Of a stretch of DNA of 64,000 nt, positions 25,831 through 39,515 are shown one piece after another. Each line of letters begins with the position of its first letter. The stretch's first letter is position 1. This DNA is from Octopus vulgaris (Eukaryota). Under the pieces are notes generated by a model. It saw only the letters and a list, made by a program, of their open reading frames with translations. It was not told the origin of the DNA and made no database searches. A program made the translations under genes and the position numbers. The DNA lies in assembly GCA_951406725.2 (NCBI GenBank), contig CATOCA020000001.1, forward strand, positions 3,906,001 through 3,970,000, given 5' to 3'.

Positions 25831-26368
25831 ATATTATATTAAATTAGAGATAAAACCACTATTAGGCAAATCAAACAATGAAAAACATAAGCCAATACAT
25901 AAAATTAATTTAAAAATATAAAAGTTAAAATTTAAAAAAATTTTTAATAATTTAAACTTATAAATTTTAAATATATATATATATACAAATATATATATAT
26001 ATATATATGTGTGTATGTATCTTTTATATTTATATTTTATTTTATTTATTAATTTGTTTATTAATTAATATATTTAATTATTTATTTATCAATTTTTTTT
26101 AATTATTATATAAATAAATAAATTAATTAATTAATAAATAAATGAATAAATAAAATAATATATAAATATAAAAATATACATACATACACACACACATATA
26201 TATATATATATTTGTATATATATATATTTAAAATTTATAAGTTCAAATTATTTAAATAATTTTTAAAATTTTAACTTTTATATTTTTAAATTAATTTTAT
26301 GTATTGGCTTATGTTTTTCACTGTTTGATTTGCCTAATAGTGGTTTTATCTCTAATTTAATATAATAT
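25831..26368. repeat. ~540-bp palindrome built from a Penelope-like terminal sequence
   Basis: atattatattaaattagagataaaaccactattaggcaaatc... is mirrored by ...gatttgcctaatagtggttttatctctaatttaatataatat. The arm matches 6070-6155. Confidence 0.85.
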
Positions 26369-26388
26369 ATATATATAGATATATATAT

Positions 26389-26852
26389 AACAATAATAAA
26401 TCTCTGAGCGAGATATAAACAGTAACTGCTCTATAACATAAGGGGGATCAGCCATCTGAATGTGGCTAGGGACAGGGCGGGGTAGTGGGGGTGTTACTGA
26501 TGCATTTAGCCCCATGCGATCATCAACGTCACCAGAAGGGCTGACACCATCTCGGTGTCCTTGCCAGCCTGCAAAGGGAGATCAGCCTCCCCGAAGATAC
26601 GGATACTACATACGGACCGGTTTCGAGGTATTTGCCTCTTATCAACGCATGGTAAGCACCGTTCTTCGTTGAGGGACTTCCTCTACAGGCTGGATATATA
26701 TGGATTTTCACAGTAACCACAGTCACTGATGTAGAAAAACCGTTCGACAACAATAATAAATCTCTGAGCGAGATATAAACAGTAACTGCTCTATAACATA
26801 AGGGGGATCAGCCATCTGAATGTAGCTAGGGACAGGGCGGGGTAGTGGGGGT
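26389..26852 (-). mobile_element. Retrozyme-like element: one 360-bp unit plus a 104-bp partial repeat
   Basis: 26389-26492 equals 26749-26852 with one mismatch, giving an exact 360-bp period. Contains a hammerhead and has no convincing ORF. Confidence 0.72.
26609..26651 (-). ncRNA. Minimal type I hammerhead ribozyme with U3-A8 core variant
   Basis: Minus strand: catgcg-TTGATAA-gagg caaata cctc-GAAAC-cg-GTC-cgtatg. Stems I and II pair fully; predicted cleavage between 26615 and 26614. Confidence 0.78.
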
Positions 26853-26936
26853 CAGTTTTGTGTGTGTGTATGAAAATTTAACAAGAAAACTGGTTTGACA
26901 AGATTTAAGTGAGTTTTATATAATCTGCATACATAT

Positions 26937-27004
<68 letters not shown>

Positions 27005-27352
27005 TTATCCATATATATATATATATGCACATAGGTTTTCAGACAATTATGGAGAGGTTACGTCATACGAAATGAATTGAATTATACTTTGACATGACAA
27101 ATTGTAAAAAGCATTCAAATTTAAATAAAAGATTTCGTGTTAGTCAGGGTGTGGCACGAAATTGAATAAGAGTAGTCACCTCCTGATTATTAACTAACTA
27201 AGAAACATTTATATCCTTTCGCTTCGTGAGGAAACACGAATCCCAAGCTTCTCCAGCATCGAAACCATTTGAAATAAGGTAAAAAAAAATTTTGTTGTCT
27301 TGAATCTTATCTTGAGAAATACAAATGTAGAAGGGCTGGAAATAGAGTTTAC

Positions 27353-27396
<44 letters not shown>

Positions 27397-27517
27397 GATT
27401 TTTTTTCCTCTGTCTTCCCTTCTCTGGATCTTTCCTTCTTTCCTGAGCGTCCAATAATACTATATTTGTTCCACGTCCTTTCGTTGTTGTGTTTTTTGTG
27501 CTTTCCTATTTGGATTA

Positions 27518-27561
<44 letters not shown>

Positions 27562-27591
27562 AGTATGTATGTATGTATGTATGTATGTATG

Positions 27592-27622
<31 letters not shown>

Positions 27623-30042
27623 GTATGTATGTATATATGTATGTATGTATGTATGTATATATGTACAAGAGTTTTAAATTTTTCTCGAGCATCAGGCTCC
27701 CTCCCCTTGTGCCTAGAGTAGAAAATAATTTTTATTTAATTTAAGGCGTGAGCTGGCAGAAACGTTAGCACGCCGGACGAAATGCTGCAACGCATTTCGT
27801 CCGTCTTTACATTCTGAGTTCAAATTCCCCCGAGGTTGACTTTACCCTTTATCCTTTTGGGGTCGACGAATTAAATACCAGTTGCATACTGGTGTCGATC
27901 CAATCAACTGGTTCCCTCGCCTTGTGCCTATCGTAGAAAAGAAAAGGCAGCTAGCTTGGCAGAAACGTTAGCACGCCGGGCGAAACACTTAGCGATGTTT
28001 CGTCTGTCTTTATTTTCTGAGTTCAAATTCCGCCGAGGTCGACTTTGCCTTTCATCCTTTCGTACTGGTCGCGTACTGGTATTACACTTATCTACTGGCC
28101 ACTTCGCCCCAAATCTGGGGCCTTGTGTCTTGAGTAGAAAAGAATATTTCTTAAATTTTGCATCTAAATATAATTGTTCTCGTATATTAAATAATATTTA
28201 TATCTCGTAGGAAAGAGTATGAATTGTTTAAACAGTCAAAAAGTGGGTGACTGCATACATTTCTCTCCCCACTTCTTTATCCTATGTTAACATTTTGATG
28301 TGGAATGCATTAAATATGTTTTCTCGTAATCTTAAATATTATCTATCAGATGGATGTCTTCTGAGGATTATTTCACGTTGTCTAGAATTATTATTTCTTC
28401 TCTTGGCACAAGGACTTGAAAATTTGTGGGGAAGGGAGTTAATCGATTATATAGACCCCAGTGCGTAACTGGTACTTATTTAATCGACCCCAAAAAGGCA
28501 CTGTCGACATCGGCGGAATTTGAGCTCAGAACGTAGCGACAGACAAGATACCTATTTCTTTACTACCCTCAAGGGACTAAACACAAAGGGGACAAACAAA
28601 CGGATTAAATCGATTATATTGACCCCAGTGCGTAACTGGTACTTAATTTATCGACCTAGAAACGATGAAAGGCAAAGGCGACCTCGGCGGAATTTGAACT
28701 CATAACGTAACGGCAAACGAAATACGGCTGCGCATTTCGCTCGGCGTGCTAACGTTTCAGCCAACTCGCCGCCTTATTGTTTAGAATGATTATAAAGTTT
28801 ATTATGCACGAACGGCGGAGTCTCTAAACTGCTGTGTGAATTAAGAATAGGGTTAATAATAGGCATTCTATCTCTGTCCCTGGGTTGTTTAATTTCTCCA
28901 CCTTCCACCTCAGAAGGAAAATAGGGTTTGAGAGAAAATGGCTGTCCGCGAAAATGTTTCAAAATCGATGGAAGAATGTCGCCTGAAAGCTGCGTACGGA
29001 TGGAACTGCATGAATACAATGCACGATGAACCCAATGCATCAGTGGGGAGGCAGCGCTCGTGGGTTCCAAGCATATCCCGTTCCCCCACTCCATTCTGTA
29101 ATGTTGTATATTTCATCATCCGAACTCTTCATATTTATGTAAAATTTTAAAATCCATCTTTGTGTCGATTCATACGTTAAATCTGACCCCATATCAGATT
29201 GTACTGTCCCCTCTGTGTTGTCCCCTTGTGGGAAAGAAAAAAAATTTACGAAATGCTAAGCGGTATTTTGTCTGTCTTTACGTTCTGAAGTCAAATTCCG
29301 CCGAGGTCAATTTTGCCTTTCATCCTTTCGCTGTCGTTAAATTGAGTACCAGTTACGTACTGGGGTCGACCTAATCGACTGGCCTCCTCCTCCAAAATTT
29401 CGGGTCTTGTACCGAGAGTAGAATAGGAAATTATGTTTGATTTCTCTGGAATTACCAGTAGAATAGATGAGGAAATAAAATGATTATATAAAAGTGTAGA
29501 TTTGTAAAGGAGAAAGAGGTGAATAATAATTGAAAAGTTGGTTTGTCGTTTATAGAGAGAGAAAGAGAGGGAGAGGGAGAGATGGAGAGGGAGAGATTAA
29601 GAGACTAAACGGTGTTGGTGGTGGAGAGATTTCAAGTTATACATATGATATGTGGGTCATGCGTTTTATTATTTAAAGCATTGGGTTGTGGCCACGCTGG
29701 AGCTTAGACTTGGGTGTTTAATCAATCATATAAACCCAAATATTTTTTTAAAGTCATGTACGTATTTCTACTCTAATTAGTCAGTAATTATTAATTTATA
29801 GCATGTTTTCATAATGTAAATTATTTGTGCATTTATATATATATTCACTAAGAGCTAATACGGCATTTTTGGTTTATCGCCTCACATCGGTTGAGGACTC
29901 TTACACACAGAAAAATTTAATATGGACGCATATTATATAGAATATTCTATTGAGTAATTGTAACATATAATATTATAGAGAATTTCCTCTAGTTACATAA
30001 TATTGAGGTCTCTTTCTTTCTTTTGTTATCTTACCGTTTATA

Positions 30043-30086
<44 letters not shown>

Positions 30087-30226
30087 TACAAATGCTCTTC
30101 TATTCCCATTTATGTTTTTCTCAAGCCATTATATAAACTATAAAAATGTGTCCTGCATTTTTATAAGAATAGAAAGGTTGAAATAAATATATGTCAGGAA
30201 ATTTAAGGGAAGAAAATTATACCTAA

Positions 30227-30620
30227 CTAGCAGTATCGCCCGGCGTTGCTTGGGTTTGTAAGGGAAATAACTATAAAGCATCTTTAGAGAGTTATAGCCA
30301 AAAAATAGCAAGAAAATGCATTAAAAATGGAAAAAAAATGATGATAATTTTTTTTTAAATCGTTGACTCATCGTAGACATTTTTAGAGAGTTACTTCCTT
30401 TATATAATAGCGAAAAAATGCATTAAAATGGAAAAAATGATGGTAATTTTTTTTAAAATCGTAGACTCATCGTAGACACGCGCTAATACCCAGAAGGGCT
30501 CGATATGAATTACGACTATAAGATACCCGGTTTTGGTTAAACTGCACCGCAAAATGTGGGAGTAGTTAGGAATCTAAATCGTAGGAGGCAGACACACAAC
30601 CTTACTTTTATATATAAAGA
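30227..30620 (-). mobile_element. Non-autonomous Helitron, same family as 9260-9643
   Basis: Reverse complement with TC start, hairpin and CTAG end. Confidence 0.88.
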
Positions 30621-30924
30621 TTATACCTGATGGAATTTTATATCTCAAGGAAATATTTTAATTTGTAAATCAATTTTACAGGAATATAAAAAATATAAAA
30701 TCTTTTTTCTTCATATAATTTAATGCAATCTCTACAATAAATTTCTGCCTTCAGCTAAAAAAAGGAGATATTTTACATTAATTTTAATTTTATGTGTATA
30801 ATTGACAAGTACCGATTAATATTCATGAATGCAGTAAATGATTCCATTCGTCTGGCTCACTTCAGAGCTTCAAACTTTGTGCTGTGCTTCTAAAGAAGTG
30901 GATCTTTGTCATTCAGTGGTTGAT

Positions 30925-31270
30925 ATCAGCGGTCGTCGGATCGCGGTTTCGATACCCAGACCGGGCGTTGTGAGTGTTTATTGAGCGAAAACACCTAAAG
31001 CTCCACGAGGCTCTGGCAGGGGATGGTGGTGATCCCTGCTGTACTCTTTCACCACAACTTTCTCTCATTCTTACTTCCTGTTTCTGTTGTACCTGTATTT
31101 CAAAGAGCCGGCCTTGTCACACTCTGTGTCACACTGAATATCCCCGAGAACTACGTTAAGGGTACACGTGTCTGTGGAGTGCTCAGTCACTTACACGTTA
31201 ATTTCACGAGCAGGCTGTTCCGTTGATCGGATCAACCGGAACCCTCATCGTTGTAACCGACGGAGTACTT
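30925..31270 (+). mobile_element. SINE family B variant
   Basis: Head remnant ggatcgcggtttcgatacccagaccgggcg; body shared with 22170-22390. Confidence 0.7.
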
Positions 31271-33661
31271 CCATCATCTACGCCTCTTTCTATAATCCTG
31301 GTGCGATATTTCCCTTGGCAATATTGACAGTGTCGGAATAAAGCCCTGGGTGGTGTGGTCTTGAGGAAATGCTTTCTCACTCTGTGGTGAATCTGTCTTC
31401 TAGTTGATCTGATTTTTGTGGTTTCACAAGACTTCAGATCTGGTTGACCAATTTTGAATTTAAACCAACCAGAGAGGTCAGATCTTCTGATGCTGTTTTT
31501 CAACTTATTTTCCCTCAATGTAGACCCAGTGTTTATTTCAATGCCTCTGCTTCCTCCATTTCCTCCCTCTCTTATTCTTCTCTTAGCCTATGTTATTAAG
31601 TCTACTATGTGTATGTGTGTGTAATATATACTAGCAGTCACCCGGCCTTTGTCTCGGCGTGTAGTGTACACAAATGTATTCATAAAGCATCTTTCGTAAT
31701 GCTTATGTATTAAGATCTTAGTTAAAGGTTACAAGTCGCTCCTCTCCAAAAGATAAAGTTCTAAATTCCAACCTGACTTGTCGTTACTTTGATGTTTCCT
31801 GTTCTCTGGAGCAGGCATTTCTATCTGCGTTACTTTGAAGTTGTTCTGTTAACATATATTCTCTTAAGCTGGCTTTTCTAATGGCTTGAGACTCGAACCT
31901 CTGTCGTTTCCCCCACTGGTGTCTCTTGTTGCCTCCAGCAGTGTGGTAAGAAGCTTGCTTCCCCACCACATGGTTCTGCGTTCAATCCCTTGAAGCCTTG
32001 AGATTGAATTTTGTAGATGGGAAGTGAAAGAAGCCTGTCGTATATATATACGTGTGTGTTTATTTGTACACTTCATCATTTATTAACAACCGGTGTTGGT
32101 GTTTTTACATCCCAATAAATTATCGGTTCGCTAAAGGATTCCGATAGAATAAGTACTAGGCCGAAAAATCTTCCGGGGGGTTGATTTGTTCAACTAGAAC
32201 CCTTCAAGGTGGTGCTACAGAATGGTCGCTGTCAAGTGCCTGAAACAAGTAAAAGATTTTTAAATATAAATATAAATATGTGTATGTGAGTGTGTGTGTG
32301 TGTAAAAGTGATAAAGTCAAGTTTCATGTATTTAGTGTCTGTAACTGTAACTCCCTCCCACTCCTTTTGCTGTTTTAGCTTTCTTTCTGACCTGTCCATA
32401 AATTATCTTTACAACTTCCACACTTCCGAACTTCAAATTGTAAACCCAGTGTTTATTTCAATACCTCGCTTCCTCCATTTCCTCTCTCTCTTATTCTTCT
32501 CTTAGCCTATTTTATTAAGTCTGCTATGCGTATGTGTGTGTGTGTATAATATATACGTGCATTCCCCAGGCCTTTGTCTCCGTGTGTAGTGTACACAAAT
32601 GTATTCATAAAACATCTTTAGTAATGCTTATGTATTAAGATCTTAATTAAAGGTTACAAGTCGATACCCTTCACAAGAAATAGTTTTAAATTCCAACCTT
32701 AATTTCCCCCCCCCCACACACACACACAGACAAATTTACAGAAAACAAAAGACACACACACACATATAAATATATATATACATATAAATATAATCATGTA
32801 GTCACATGATCGAGTATACTGCCACATGTTACACATCACTGGTCACAATGTGCTTTGCATTGTTTGACGTTTTCAATGATGCCACTCCACTGGTTAGGAA
32901 AGCAGGCGAACATTCGGAAGTCTTGGGAAAGGAAGGGTATTGCAAGAATCAAACCCACGATCTAGATATTGTGAGGGTAACACCCGAATCACTATGCCAT
33001 ACAGCTACTCACACATGCACACGAGTATACACATACATAGACTTATATATGTACGTTTATGCATATAAAGCAATCATGTTACACCTTTTCTCCATACTAC
33101 CATGGGTTGTATGAGTATATTATCAATCCATTCTTTTTGTATCTGGATCCCCTTCATGTTATTAACCCTTACCTGTTGTTCAAGGGATCACTTATTCCAA
33201 TGGTTTGTTTATTAACAGGGAAAATGATAATCTAATCGTTCATGGCTGAGCAATTTTCAGTAAAAGCAAATGGAAACATACACACACACACTCAAGCAGG
33301 TGTGTGCATATATATATGCATACGTACACTCACACAAACACACAGACACTTCATTTTGGCAGTTTTTCACTGGTCCTCAGATTTTGTCCAGTGGTGTACG
33401 ATGGGCTTCTCTCAGATTATCTCTATTTAATCCACTCAGAAGCCTTGATCAGCCATGGGATTTAGAAGAATGTACTTGCCCAAGGTTTCATACAGTTGGA
33501 CAAAACTGGTGGTTGGTGTTTGGAAGGGCATCCAGCTGTAAAATCCCTTCCAAAATAGACAATAGCCCAGGGTAGTTTTTTTCTACCTGGCCTGCTCCTG
33601 TCACCCATCTTACTCATGAATGGATGGAAAGTGGACGTTAAGTGATGATGGCAATGATATA

Positions 33662-33708
<47 letters not shown>

Positions 33709-34454
33709 TATTATAAAAGGCAGATTTTATCTGCCTCCCTTTGGGAGTTATACAAATCTACAATATAGGATTTCTTCAATTACAATTTACCTAGCAATTT
33801 TAAGAGTACAATGCATCGCGTCATGCCAGCTCCAGTTTTTAAAATTTAAACTCCAATTAAGCAAAATTTACAGAAAACTCACATTCTGGTGTGTGTGTCG
33901 AATGCTTTTCTTAGTCTGGTTTACACCACACGCAAACGCACACACACAGTGGGCAACGAATAAAATGAAAGTAAATAGCGGACAGAGTGATTTGAGGAAG
34001 ACTAAAGTGAAAGTATTCTGTCTATGACGATGATAGATACATGAGTAAAATGTATGGGAAGCTAAGAGCTAAGAGTGAGTGAAAATGTTCTTGGAAGAGA
34101 GTAATTAGTAATAAAGTAAACATACACTCATACATACATACATACATACATACATACATACACACACACACATACACACACACATACATACACACACACA
34201 TACATACATACATATACATACATACATACATACATATACATACATACATACACACACACACATACACACAGTATTGAAGCTTGAGAACAATCAGATACAT
34301 TTGCAACACATCTGTTGAAAATATTATTGTTCACACACATACATATACATATATACATACAGACAGACAGACAGATAGACACACACACACACACACACAT
34401 GATCCAGCATGGCCACAACCTCAAGGCTGAAACATATAAAAGAATAACAGAATA

Positions 34455-34815
34455 TAAATGTGTGCAAAGTACAAGAAATATTAATGCAGTATATGGGGAT
34501 TGGACAATAAGCGTAAGGCAGTGTCAATGGTGGTTCCAGAAATCCCGAGCCATAAACTACAGCCTTGAAGACGAGCCTCATCCTGAAAGATCTGTAGAAC
34601 TCGACAAGGACATCCTGAAAACCCTGGTGGAACAAAATATCATCGTAACTGTTGAGGAACTAGCAGAGAAGCTTGGATTTGGTCATTCAACCATTCATTG
34701 ACACCTGTGTGCTATCGGAAAAGTCAGCAAATTGGGTCAATGGGTTCCTCACGAACTTTCCGAGTCTAATTGCATGCAGAGAGTGAATGTATGCTTTTCT
34801 TTGCTGTCATATCTC
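34455..34815 (+). pseudogene. Mariner transposase N-terminal (HTH) fragment
   Basis: 'STRNINAVYGD...WFQK...SLEDEPH...EELAEKLGFGHSTIH*HL..IGKVSKLGQWVPHELS' includes the mariner WVPHEL motif. Confidence 0.88.
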
Positions 34816-35880
34816 ACCACTACTGCGCTATGTATATCTATATATATAAAACTGTAGTTGTGTGAGTGTCTGTCCCCTTCGATTTAGATTCCTAACTACT
34901 CCCACATTTTGCGGTACAGTTTAACCAAATTCGGGTAGCTTATAGTCGTGATTCATATCGAGCCCGTCTGAATATTAGCGCGCGTCTACGATGAGTCTAC
35001 GATTTTAAAAATAATTTAACATCATTTTTTATTCCATTTTAATGCATAATTTTTCGTGTGTCGATGGCGGCGGAGTTGGCGTCCACGCTCACATCTGCAC
35101 CTGTGGGGAAGGGAGTGTAAGGAAATCAACGTCGTAATGCGTTGTCAAGGAGACCAGTGTTCTTTTAGAACAACGACTTCATGGCTTCAAGACACCAAAA
35201 CAGAAATGGCTAAGAAAGCGTCTACATGAGTCTACGATTTAAAAAAAAATTTACCATCGTTTTTTTTCCATTTTAATGCATTTTTTCGCTATTGTATAAG
35301 GGAAGTAACTCTCTAAAAATGTCTACGATGAGTCAACGATTTTAAAAAAATTTACCATCATATTTTTTCCATTTTTAATGCATTTTTTGCTATTTTTTGG
35401 CTATAACTCTCTAAAAATGCTTATATAGTTATTTCCCTTACAAACCCGAGCAACGCCGGGCGATACTGCTAGTCTTATTATAAAAGGCAGATTTTATCTG
35501 CCTCCCTTTGTCAGTTATAGAAATCTACAATATAGGATTTCTTCAATTACAATTTACTTAGCATTTTTAAGAGTGGAATGCATCGGGTCATGCCAGGTCC
35601 ACTTTTTAAAATTTAAACTCCAATTAAGCAAAATTTACAGAAAACTCACATTCTGGTGTGTATGTCAAATGCTTTTCTTAATGTGTTTTACACCACACGC
35701 ACATGCACACACACAGTGTGCAAGGAATAAAATGAAAGTAATTCACCTTTTGTAGTGAGTGACTCTTTCAGTCTGCCACTTCCTCTTTTACACACATAGA
35801 CACGCAAATATATAAATAAAATTGTAAGCTAACGTGCGTGTGTGTGAGTGTGTATGTGCGTGTGTGTGTGTGTGAGGGTG

Positions 35881-35911
<31 letters not shown>

Positions 35912-36399
35912 TGCGTGTGCGTGAGTGTGTGACAGGAAAGTATTTTAGGACGAATATAAGACCTATATCGGCGATGTTTCGCTTGTCGTAGCACAGGTTT
36001 CTGTCGATTTCCGTAAAAAACTTTTATTTTTTTACATAAGTAATGAGAGCGAAAGAGACTAAGAGAAAGCGATTGTATGACGAGGGAAGTTCTTTTGAAG
36101 TTACCGTGCATGGGACGCATTGATGTACATGTGTGTGTGTGTGTGTTTGATGGAGTGTGGGAGACAGACCGTATGCTGTGTAAGTGAAGTGCTTCTGTTA
36201 GTGTGTGTGAAGAGACAGAGAGAGTAATGTGTGAAAGAGAGAGATAACTGAAATTTTTACTCGTTTATGTGTATATGTATGTATGCATGTATGTGTGTGT
36301 GTGTGTATGTATGTGTGTGTGTATGTATGTATGTATGGCCGATTCAGTGTTTACATTTTTTACGGAAATCGACGGAAACGTGTGCTACGACAAGCGAAT

Positions 36400-36900
36400 C
36401 ATCGCCCCTATATCCAAGTAGCAGAAAGATCGCCCAAAAGTGTATATAGATATTTAAATGTATTTATATATTCATCTATGCACAGATGTATGTATAATGT
36501 GTGTGTATATATTTCCATACACGTAACCATTCACTCCGCACAAAGTTTTTTAGGACGAAAATAAGATCTAAAGTTATCTCTAAGTAGCACAGAGATCGCC
36601 CAAAAGTGTATATAGATATATAAATGTATTTATATATTCATCTATGCACACATGTATGTATAACGTGTGTGTATATATTTCCATAGAAGTAACCATTCAC
36701 TCCATACAAAGTTTTTTAGCACGAAAATAAGAAAATAAGATCTAAAGTTATCTCTAAAAAACAGAAAGATCGCCCAAAAATGTATATAGATATTTAAATG
36801 TATTTATATATTCATCTATACACACATGTATGTATAATGTGCGTGTATATATTTCCATAGAGGTAACCATTCAATCCATACAAAGTTTTTTAGGACGAAA
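36400..36900 (+). repeat. Three tandem copies of a ~175-180-bp unit inside the Helitron
   Basis: agatcgcccaaaa.tgtatatagatat...accattca...gacgaaaat recurs at about 36427, 36594 and 36767. Confidence 0.8.
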
Positions 36901-37129
36901 ATATTTATATATAAAAGAAAGGTTGTGTGTCTGTCTACTCCGATTTAGATTCCTAACTACTCCCACATTTTGCGATGCAGTTTAACCAAAACCGGGTATC
37001 TTATAGTCGTGATTCATATCGAGCCCTTCTGGGTATTAGTGCGCGTCTACGATGAGTCTATGATTTTACAAATAATTTACCATCATTTTTTTCCATTTTA
37101 ATGCATATTTTTAAAAATAAACGGAAGTA

Positions 37130-37650
37130 ACTCTCAAACTTCACACCAATATGCGTGCTCATATGTGACGTAATATCACATCAGCAGCATTTCCTCACAC
37201 CCTCCTTGCACTTGGCGAAGGCAAAATACCAGGGGATGAAAATGGTAATATTGCCATCGATTCCATTTGTACCATTGTTAAGACGCCTTCTGATCTCAGA
37301 GATGCAGTGTTCCCAGATCTACAAGCTAATTATCAGAATATGGATTGGATTGGCAAAAAGGCTATACTGGCCCCGAGGAATAAAACTGTTCACCATATTA
37401 ATGATGAAATGCTAAAAATCATTCCTGGGGAAGTCTATGTATATCAGTCTATCGATACAACTCCTGACCCAGAGGACGTCATCAACTATCCAATAGAGGT
37501 ACTCAATTCTTTTGAGCACCCCGGACTACCACCACACTTTCTCAAACTTAAAGTTGGTGCCCCTATAATGCTCATCAGAAATTTGGTTCCCCCAAAACAA
37601 TGCAATGGCACACGTTTGATCGTTAAGTCCTTATCTCCCACCGTAAGCTT
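37130..37650 (+). pseudogene. Helitron RepHel PIF1-like helicase fragment
   Basis: 'KAILAPRN...INDE...YPIEVLNS...GLPPHFLKLKVGAPIMLIRNL.P...CNGTRLIV'. Confidence 0.9.
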
Positions 37651-38084
37651 ATATCAATATTTGCCTGAATAATCATCATAATTCAGTGCAATCATTAACA
37701 GTACTTTCAAGCAATTCAGCCCCGAGCAACGCCGGGCAATTCTGCTAGTATATATATATATATAATGGAAATGTATTAAATAATTATGAAATAGTCATAA
37801 AGATATTTGCAAAAATCTATAAAGTAAGCACTTGTTGATAGTTTCTGATTTGATCTCATCTACTTTGCTAGTGTTTCGACAAAGATCAATACAGGAGGTT
37901 TTATTGAACAGACGCTGTTTCACTGATTCTTTTACTATTTTTCGTAAATTTACCTTTCTTTGGAGAATCAGTTTGTCTTTGATGTAAAGTGCCCTCCACC
38001 GTAGCTGGGGTGTGATCCACAGATTTATAGCTCAACATGTACGATGCCTCTACGTAGCTGATCAACAGACTGTACATTCCAATA

Positions 38085-39515
38085 CTACTATGGCAATCCC
38101 TCAAGATCGAGGATGATGGTCTTCGCGCAAATTTACTGGTGAGTCCGTAGGTGACCGATAAGACCAATTCTTGCTCGAAAAAATCGGTCACAGTGCGGAC
38201 ATCTAGTGCCGGAAGGGAGAGTCGCACGTGGTTGTTGTTGGCGCTCCTTCCGTCGTCGTCTTTTCTCCTCCAGCTCTGCAGACCTTTTCGACTCGAAATT
38301 CGCCGTTCCCTCATGGATGGTGGTTTTCCAGAGTGGTCTGTTTTTTGCCGTTTCCTCCCAGTTGAAGTCAATGTCACACTTTTTGAGGTTCGATTTCAGG
38401 GAGTCCTTGTAGCGTTTCTTCTGGCCTCCTTTTGTACGCTTGCCGTCTTTGAGTTGGGAGTAGAAGATCTGTTTGGGAAGTCGTTCGTCAGTCATTCTAA
38501 CCACGTGGCCGCTCCATCTTAGTTGGCCTTTGATGACATAGGCTTCGATGCTGGTTATTTTTGCTTCTTGTAGCACGCTGACGTTAGTTCTTCTGTCTTC
38601 CCAGGTGATGTTGAGGATCTTCCGAAGACAGCGTTGGTGAAATTTCTCAAGCGTTTTCAGGTGGTGACTATACGGGGTCCAGGTTTCGGATGCGTAAAGG
38701 AGGGTTGGAATAATGACTGCTCTGTACACCATGAGTTTGGTTTCGGTTCGGATGTCCCGATCAGCAAAAACTCTTGTTCGAAGCTTGCCGAAAGCTGTTC
38801 CTGCACACTTCAGACGGTGTTGGATTTCATCGTTGAGGTCTACCTTTGCTGACAGATGGCTCCCAAGGTAGCAGAAGTGGTTCACATTTTCCAGTGGATT
38901 TCCTTCGAGTTGAATCGATGGCGGGTTGTCAACACGGGCATTGGGGGGAGGTTGGTAGAGTAATTGAGTCTCCTTGATGTTGATGCTCAGTCCAAGTTTA
39001 GTATATGCATGATGAAAAGCATTTAGGATCTGTTGGAGGTGATCCTTTCTGTGAGCTGCTACACTGTTGTCGTCGGCATATTGCAACTCTAGCAAGCTTC
39101 GCACCATTGTCTTTGACGTACTTTTGAGGCGAGCGAGGTTGAAAAGCTTGCCGTCCATTCTGTACGAGATCTCGATGCCAGGTGGAAGGTCATCTCGTAT
39201 GATGTGCGATAAAGATGGTAAAGAGAGTTGGCGCTATCACGCAGCCCTGCTTCACTCCGGAGGTGACTTTAAAGGGCTCAGAACTGCATCCGTCGGTCTG
39301 GACCCTGGCGTGCATATTGTCGTGGAGGAGTTTGAGGATCCGGATGAACTTATCTGGGTATCCATACTGGGCGAGAATATCCCAGAGGAGCTCTCGCGAG
39401 ACACGATCAAAGGCTTTGGATAGGTCGATAAAGGCCAAGTAGAGCGGTTGGTGTTGCTCACGACATTTTTCTTGTAGCTGTCGCAGCGTGAAGATCATGT
39501 CGGTTGTGCTTCGTG
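38085..39515 (-). mobile_element. 5'-truncated RTE-clade LINE (RT second half plus C-terminal C2H2 finger), one frameshift near 39200
   Basis: FIDLSKAFD, GVKQGC, LQYADD, YLGS, QLRWSGHV, CPHC...HLRTH. Short (tag)n tail; 9-bp TSD attccaata at 38076-38084 and 39516-39524. Confidence 0.92.

Larger units (their letters stand above)
33706..37748 (+). mobile_element. Compound tandem Helitron array
   Basis: Heads at 33706, 34837, 35473 and ~36903; hairpin+CTAG tails at 35472 and 37748; direct CTAG|TC junction at 35472/35473. Confidence 0.8.
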
